Source: Candidatus Methanomarinus sp. HR1
GTDB lineage: Archaea > Halobacteriota > Methanosarcinia > Methanosarcinales > Methanocomedenaceae
Reading direction: 5' to 3'
Assembly: GCA_002926195.1 (NCBI GenBank)
Contig: MZXQ01000097.1
Coordinates: forward strand, 1 to 32,821
DNA length: 32,821 bases
Shown here: positions 32,205-32,821 of the stretch, piece by piece
Position numbering within the stretch: the first letter of the stretch is position 1
Layout: each line of letters starts with the position of its first letter
Position numbers and translations under genes: made by a program
The notes under the pieces: generated by a model
Seen by the model: the letters and a program-made list of their open reading frames with translations, nothing else
Databases searched by the model: none
Told to the model about the DNA's origin: nothing

Positions 32205-32702
32205 CAGGCGGTCTCCCAAAAGTCCAAAAAATAAAAATTTTGACCTTAGTTTTTGATTTAAAGGCTTAATTTTCCTCCTTTTACATAGGAATTTTAGTTT
32301 TGAGACGGCCTGCAGTATATTTAATGAAATATTGCCTCTTGAAAAATCTGTGTAAATCCGTGTTAATCTGTGTCTAAAAAAAACACATTCTAACAAGGAG
32401 GTGTATATTGCTTATGATTATTATCCAAGATTACATATTTTATAGAAAAAAAAGTAATCTTGATAGAGTCAAAAAATAATTATTTCAGACACAGATTAAC
32501 ACGGATTTACACAGATTAAAATTCCTTAATTGATTGCAAATGTAAAATAATATAATTTTTGAAGTGGATACGAAATATTCTGCAATATTTCTTAGATTGA
32601 GAATTGAGGTGTATTTACAGAGAGCTATAAAAATAATCACATTGGAAATAATTAATTCATTCATAAATATTTATCAAATGTTGGGGGTTTTGGGACAGCC
32701 TG
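32205..32702. mobile_element. MITE-like or IS remnant with three related terminal inverted repeats
   Basis: CAGGCGGTCTCCCAAAAGT (32205, +), CAGGCCGTCTCAAAACT (from 32312, -) and CAGGCTGTCCCAAAACC (from 32702, -); no transposase inside. Confidence 0.6.
32345..32517. repeat. Perfect 31-bp inverted repeat made of three 10-bp units, 111-bp spacer
   Basis: AATCTGTGTAAATCCGTGTTAATCTGTGTCT at 32345-32375 and its exact reverse complement at 32487-32517. Confidence 0.95.
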
Positions 32703-32821
32703 CTAACATCAAACTTCACTGTATTTTTTATATGTCCATGTATCCTTTCACACTCTCGTCTGAGAATGTACGATTCCGGGAAGGTTTTATCCTCCAAATT
32801 CTTATTTCTAATATACATGCC
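32703..32821 (-). pseudogene. Interrupted C-terminal fragment of an IS4/IS5-type DDE transposase (partial, continues off the right edge)
   Basis: Translation GMYIRNKNLEDKTFPESYILRRECERIHGHIKNTVKFDV contains the Y(2)R(3)E(6)K signature; the frame runs into the inverted repeat at 32702. Confidence 0.6.

Noticed and set aside
32151..32396. 81-aa minus-strand ORF
   Set aside because: It reads through repeat and MITE sequence (HRLTRIYTD is the translated repeat) and is probably spurious
32345..32517. CRISPR mini-array
   Set aside because: The two copies are inverted rather than direct, the spacer is 111 bp, and no cas genes are present

Overview
Chromosomal window from a Methanosarcinales-type archaeon. 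The taxonomy is inferred from gene content; an ANME-2-like methanotroph is plausible given CysDN. Housekeeping genes: part of the heme cluster (ahbB, sirC, hemA, hemB), dys, pyrF, an FwdF-like polyferredoxin, a RecJ-like DHH protein, dnaG, DUF167, tRNA-Leu(GAG), the rps13-rps4-rps11-rpoD operon, thiL, gyrA, lysA, ferredoxin plus geranylgeranyl reductase, and class II FBP aldolase. Less ordinary elements: (1) a six-gene sulfate-activation operon (RHH-cysD-tauE-cysN-NPP-like enzyme-RHH) with no APS kinase or reductase, where three products end in the same L(R/K)xLGY helix; (2) an AT-rich lipoprotein of the M3 oligopeptidase family inside the heme cluster, with its HExxH motif changed to RKMGY; (3) a three-hairpin candidate ribosomal-protein leader upstream of rps13; (4) an ABC-ATPase/G3E-GTPase/Fe-S trio of unknown function; (5) a stand-alone LGFP-repeat protein; (6) nested mobile debris at the right edge, with MITE-like ends, a 31-bp inverted repeat built of 10-bp units and an interrupted YREK transposase. 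All calls come from reading motifs by eye; no database searches were run.
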